A stretch of 63,078 nt of DNA, the filler included, from Octopus bimaculoides (taxonomy: Eukaryota), in the NCBI RefSeq assembly GCF_001194135.2. It is 5 parts of 5 records of this genome, joined end to end, with 100 filler letters (N's around TTAATTAATTAA, not from the genome) between each part and the next. Parts side by side here need not be neighbours in the genome. Positions count along the whole stretch, not along the records: positions 45,417 to 63,078 come from NC_068996.1; 4 more parts are not named here. One strand, 5' to 3'. The notes under the pieces were generated by a model, which had not been told where the DNA came from, searched no databases, and saw only the letters and a list, made by a program, of their open reading frames with translations. Within the stretch, counting starts at the first letter, position 1. The number at the start of each line of letters is the position of its first letter. Both the position numbers and the translations under genes were made by a program. Of this stretch, positions 61,186-63,078 are shown in pieces.

Positions 61186-62007
61186 AGAAGCAAAGACAAT
61201 ATGCACGAATACCCCTTCAAATGAAACAAATTATGAACACTACATAGTTAGCTAACACATGGACCGTGCCCAGCTAATACGTCTGGGGAGAAAGAATGCG
61301 AGTACTTGACTACTCCAGTTTGGCCCTCTCCAAACGTATTTTGAAATCAATCAACATTGGAGAGAATGTATGTTTTCAGTGGATTTAGGACTCTGAATTT
61401 ATTTCATTCTCTATAACTGACTGTACTCACTTAAGAATCACCTTCTGAATCCTCTAAATGTAATGTGTCTATCTACAAACATGTGAATAGGTATATGATA
61501 AGAGAAGGGGAGAGAGAGAGTTTAAAAACAAAAAATAAATATCTGAATCATGAATGACATCTTGAATTGTAATTAAATTTCAACGAATCGACCACATCGA
61601 TACAACGTAATTGAAAAGAAGCTTTTCTCTCTTTGTATTTCCCTTTCATTTTCCTTCTTTTTCTTTCTCATCCTTCTTCCTAAAATCGACATCTTGAGAG
61701 GTCCTTTAGCATCATCCATTTAGCATCATGTCAACAGACATGCTTTCTTCTACTTTCTACTCTCTGCTCTTTTCCTTCCTCTATTTTTCTTTCTCCTCTT
61801 CTAAACAAAACAAAACAACACACACACACACACACAACTTTTTAAATCCTAGTGTATATATTCATTGAGGGAAAGCGAGAAAGATGCTTTCGAAAACAAT
61901 GACTGAATTTAAAATGACACCTTAAATTGCAATTATATCCCAATGGGTTGACCACATATATATCACTTTTCTAATCCTAATGTGTATATTTACAAATACA
62001 TTAATAT

Positions 62008-62385
62008 GTAGCTTGCTCACCAACCACATGGTTCCGGGTTCAGTCCCACTGCGTGGCACCTTGGACAAAGTGTCTTCTACTATAGCCTCGGGCCGACCAA
62101 AGCCTTGTGAGTGGATTTGGTAGACGGAAACTGAAACAAGCCCGTCGTATATATGTATATATATATGTATGTGTGTATATGTTTGTGTGTCTATGTTTGT
62201 CCCCCCAACATCGCTTGACAACCGATGCTGGTGTGTTTACATCCCCGTAACTTAGTGGTTCGGCAAAAAGAGACTGATAGAATAAGTACTAGGCTTACAA
62301 AGAATAAGTCCTGGGGTCGATTAGCTCGACTAAAAGGCGGTGCTCCAGCATGGCTACAGTCAAATGACTGAAACAAGTAAAAGAG
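62008..62385 (+). mobile_element. SINE family B, lacking extreme 5' end
   Basis: ggttccgggttcagtcccactgcgtggcacc...ccaaagccttgtgagtggatttgg...gcatggctacagtcaaatgactgaaacaagtaaaagag. Confidence 0.88.
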
Positions 62386-62810
62386 TATGTATATAATAAG
62401 AGAAGAAAAAAAGAGTGAGGAAGAGATGCTTTCGTAAACAATGACTGAATCACGAAAAGCCTCTTGAATTGTAATTAAATTTCAATGGACTGACAACATC
62501 GATCCAATATAATTGATAAGGAACTTCTTTCTCTTTATCTCTTCCTCTCCTCTCTGTTTTTCTTTCTCTTACTTCTCCCTTCTATCTTTCTCTCTTTCTC
62601 CCTTTCTCACCCCCAATACAAAACTTCTTTTTTAAACAAAGCAAAGCAACACCTACTTTTCGATTTCTGAGAAGACGGAAGAAATGTTCTGTACATTATC
62701 TTAAAAGAGTTCGGTTGAACAAACAAAAGCGCTAGTAAAGAATTATCCAAAATTCTGACGACTCCGCTGTTCGAGTTTAGCCCGAGTATCAATATCTATA
62801 AAACAGAGGA

Positions 62811-62848
<38 letters not shown>

Positions 62849-63078
62849 TGAATGTGGTTTATGCACGTCCACAAATTAGCACGCATGTCGCTCCAATTTT
62901 AGGAGGTGATGTGCCATGACTTTATGTGCATTTTAGCGAAATTTTTCTCTCAGAGGCACTCGCGTATAGCTGTAAAAATCGATAAACTTTTACCAATTTT
63001 GAAGTTTGTTGACATGGCGAAGTCAAATCTGTGCGTACACGCTGAAGTAGAGAGCGAGAGAGAGAGAGAGAGAGAGAG

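Overview
Eukaryotic, AT-rich, gap-ridden repeat region with no recognisable host gene, rRNA/tRNA gene or CRISPR array. The SINE families and microsatellite load point to an octopus genome (inference from remembered repeat families, not a database search). The window is a stitched product: four identical 100-bp spacers (44 N + TTAATTAATTAA + 44 N) split it into five blocks, so adjacency across them is unverified. Content is nested, mostly decayed transposons: R4/Dong-like RLE LINEs in (TAA)n tracts, a second RLE LINE lineage next to (TACA)n tracts, RTE LINEs with a PHD finger inside the RT, a CR1-type LINE, at least six Penelope-like element (PLE) fragments of two RT types, three tRNA-derived SINE families, several mariner/Tc1 pieces and a possible solo LTR. 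Best leads: (1) type I hammerhead ribozymes in several unrelated short repeats, including one with a very long helix II in a direct-repeat pair (15592-16200) and one present in two dispersed copies (15205-15510, 20490-20810); (2) the RLE LINE associated with (TACA)n; (3) a 173-bp TIR element whose interior is (TTAGGG)n (54281-54453); (4) a mariner fold-back built from two 5' ends (9002-9675); (5) repeated inverted 5' junctions on PLEs and many long inverted repeats. All translations, alignments and folds were done by eye; element boundaries are approximate unless a junction is quoted.
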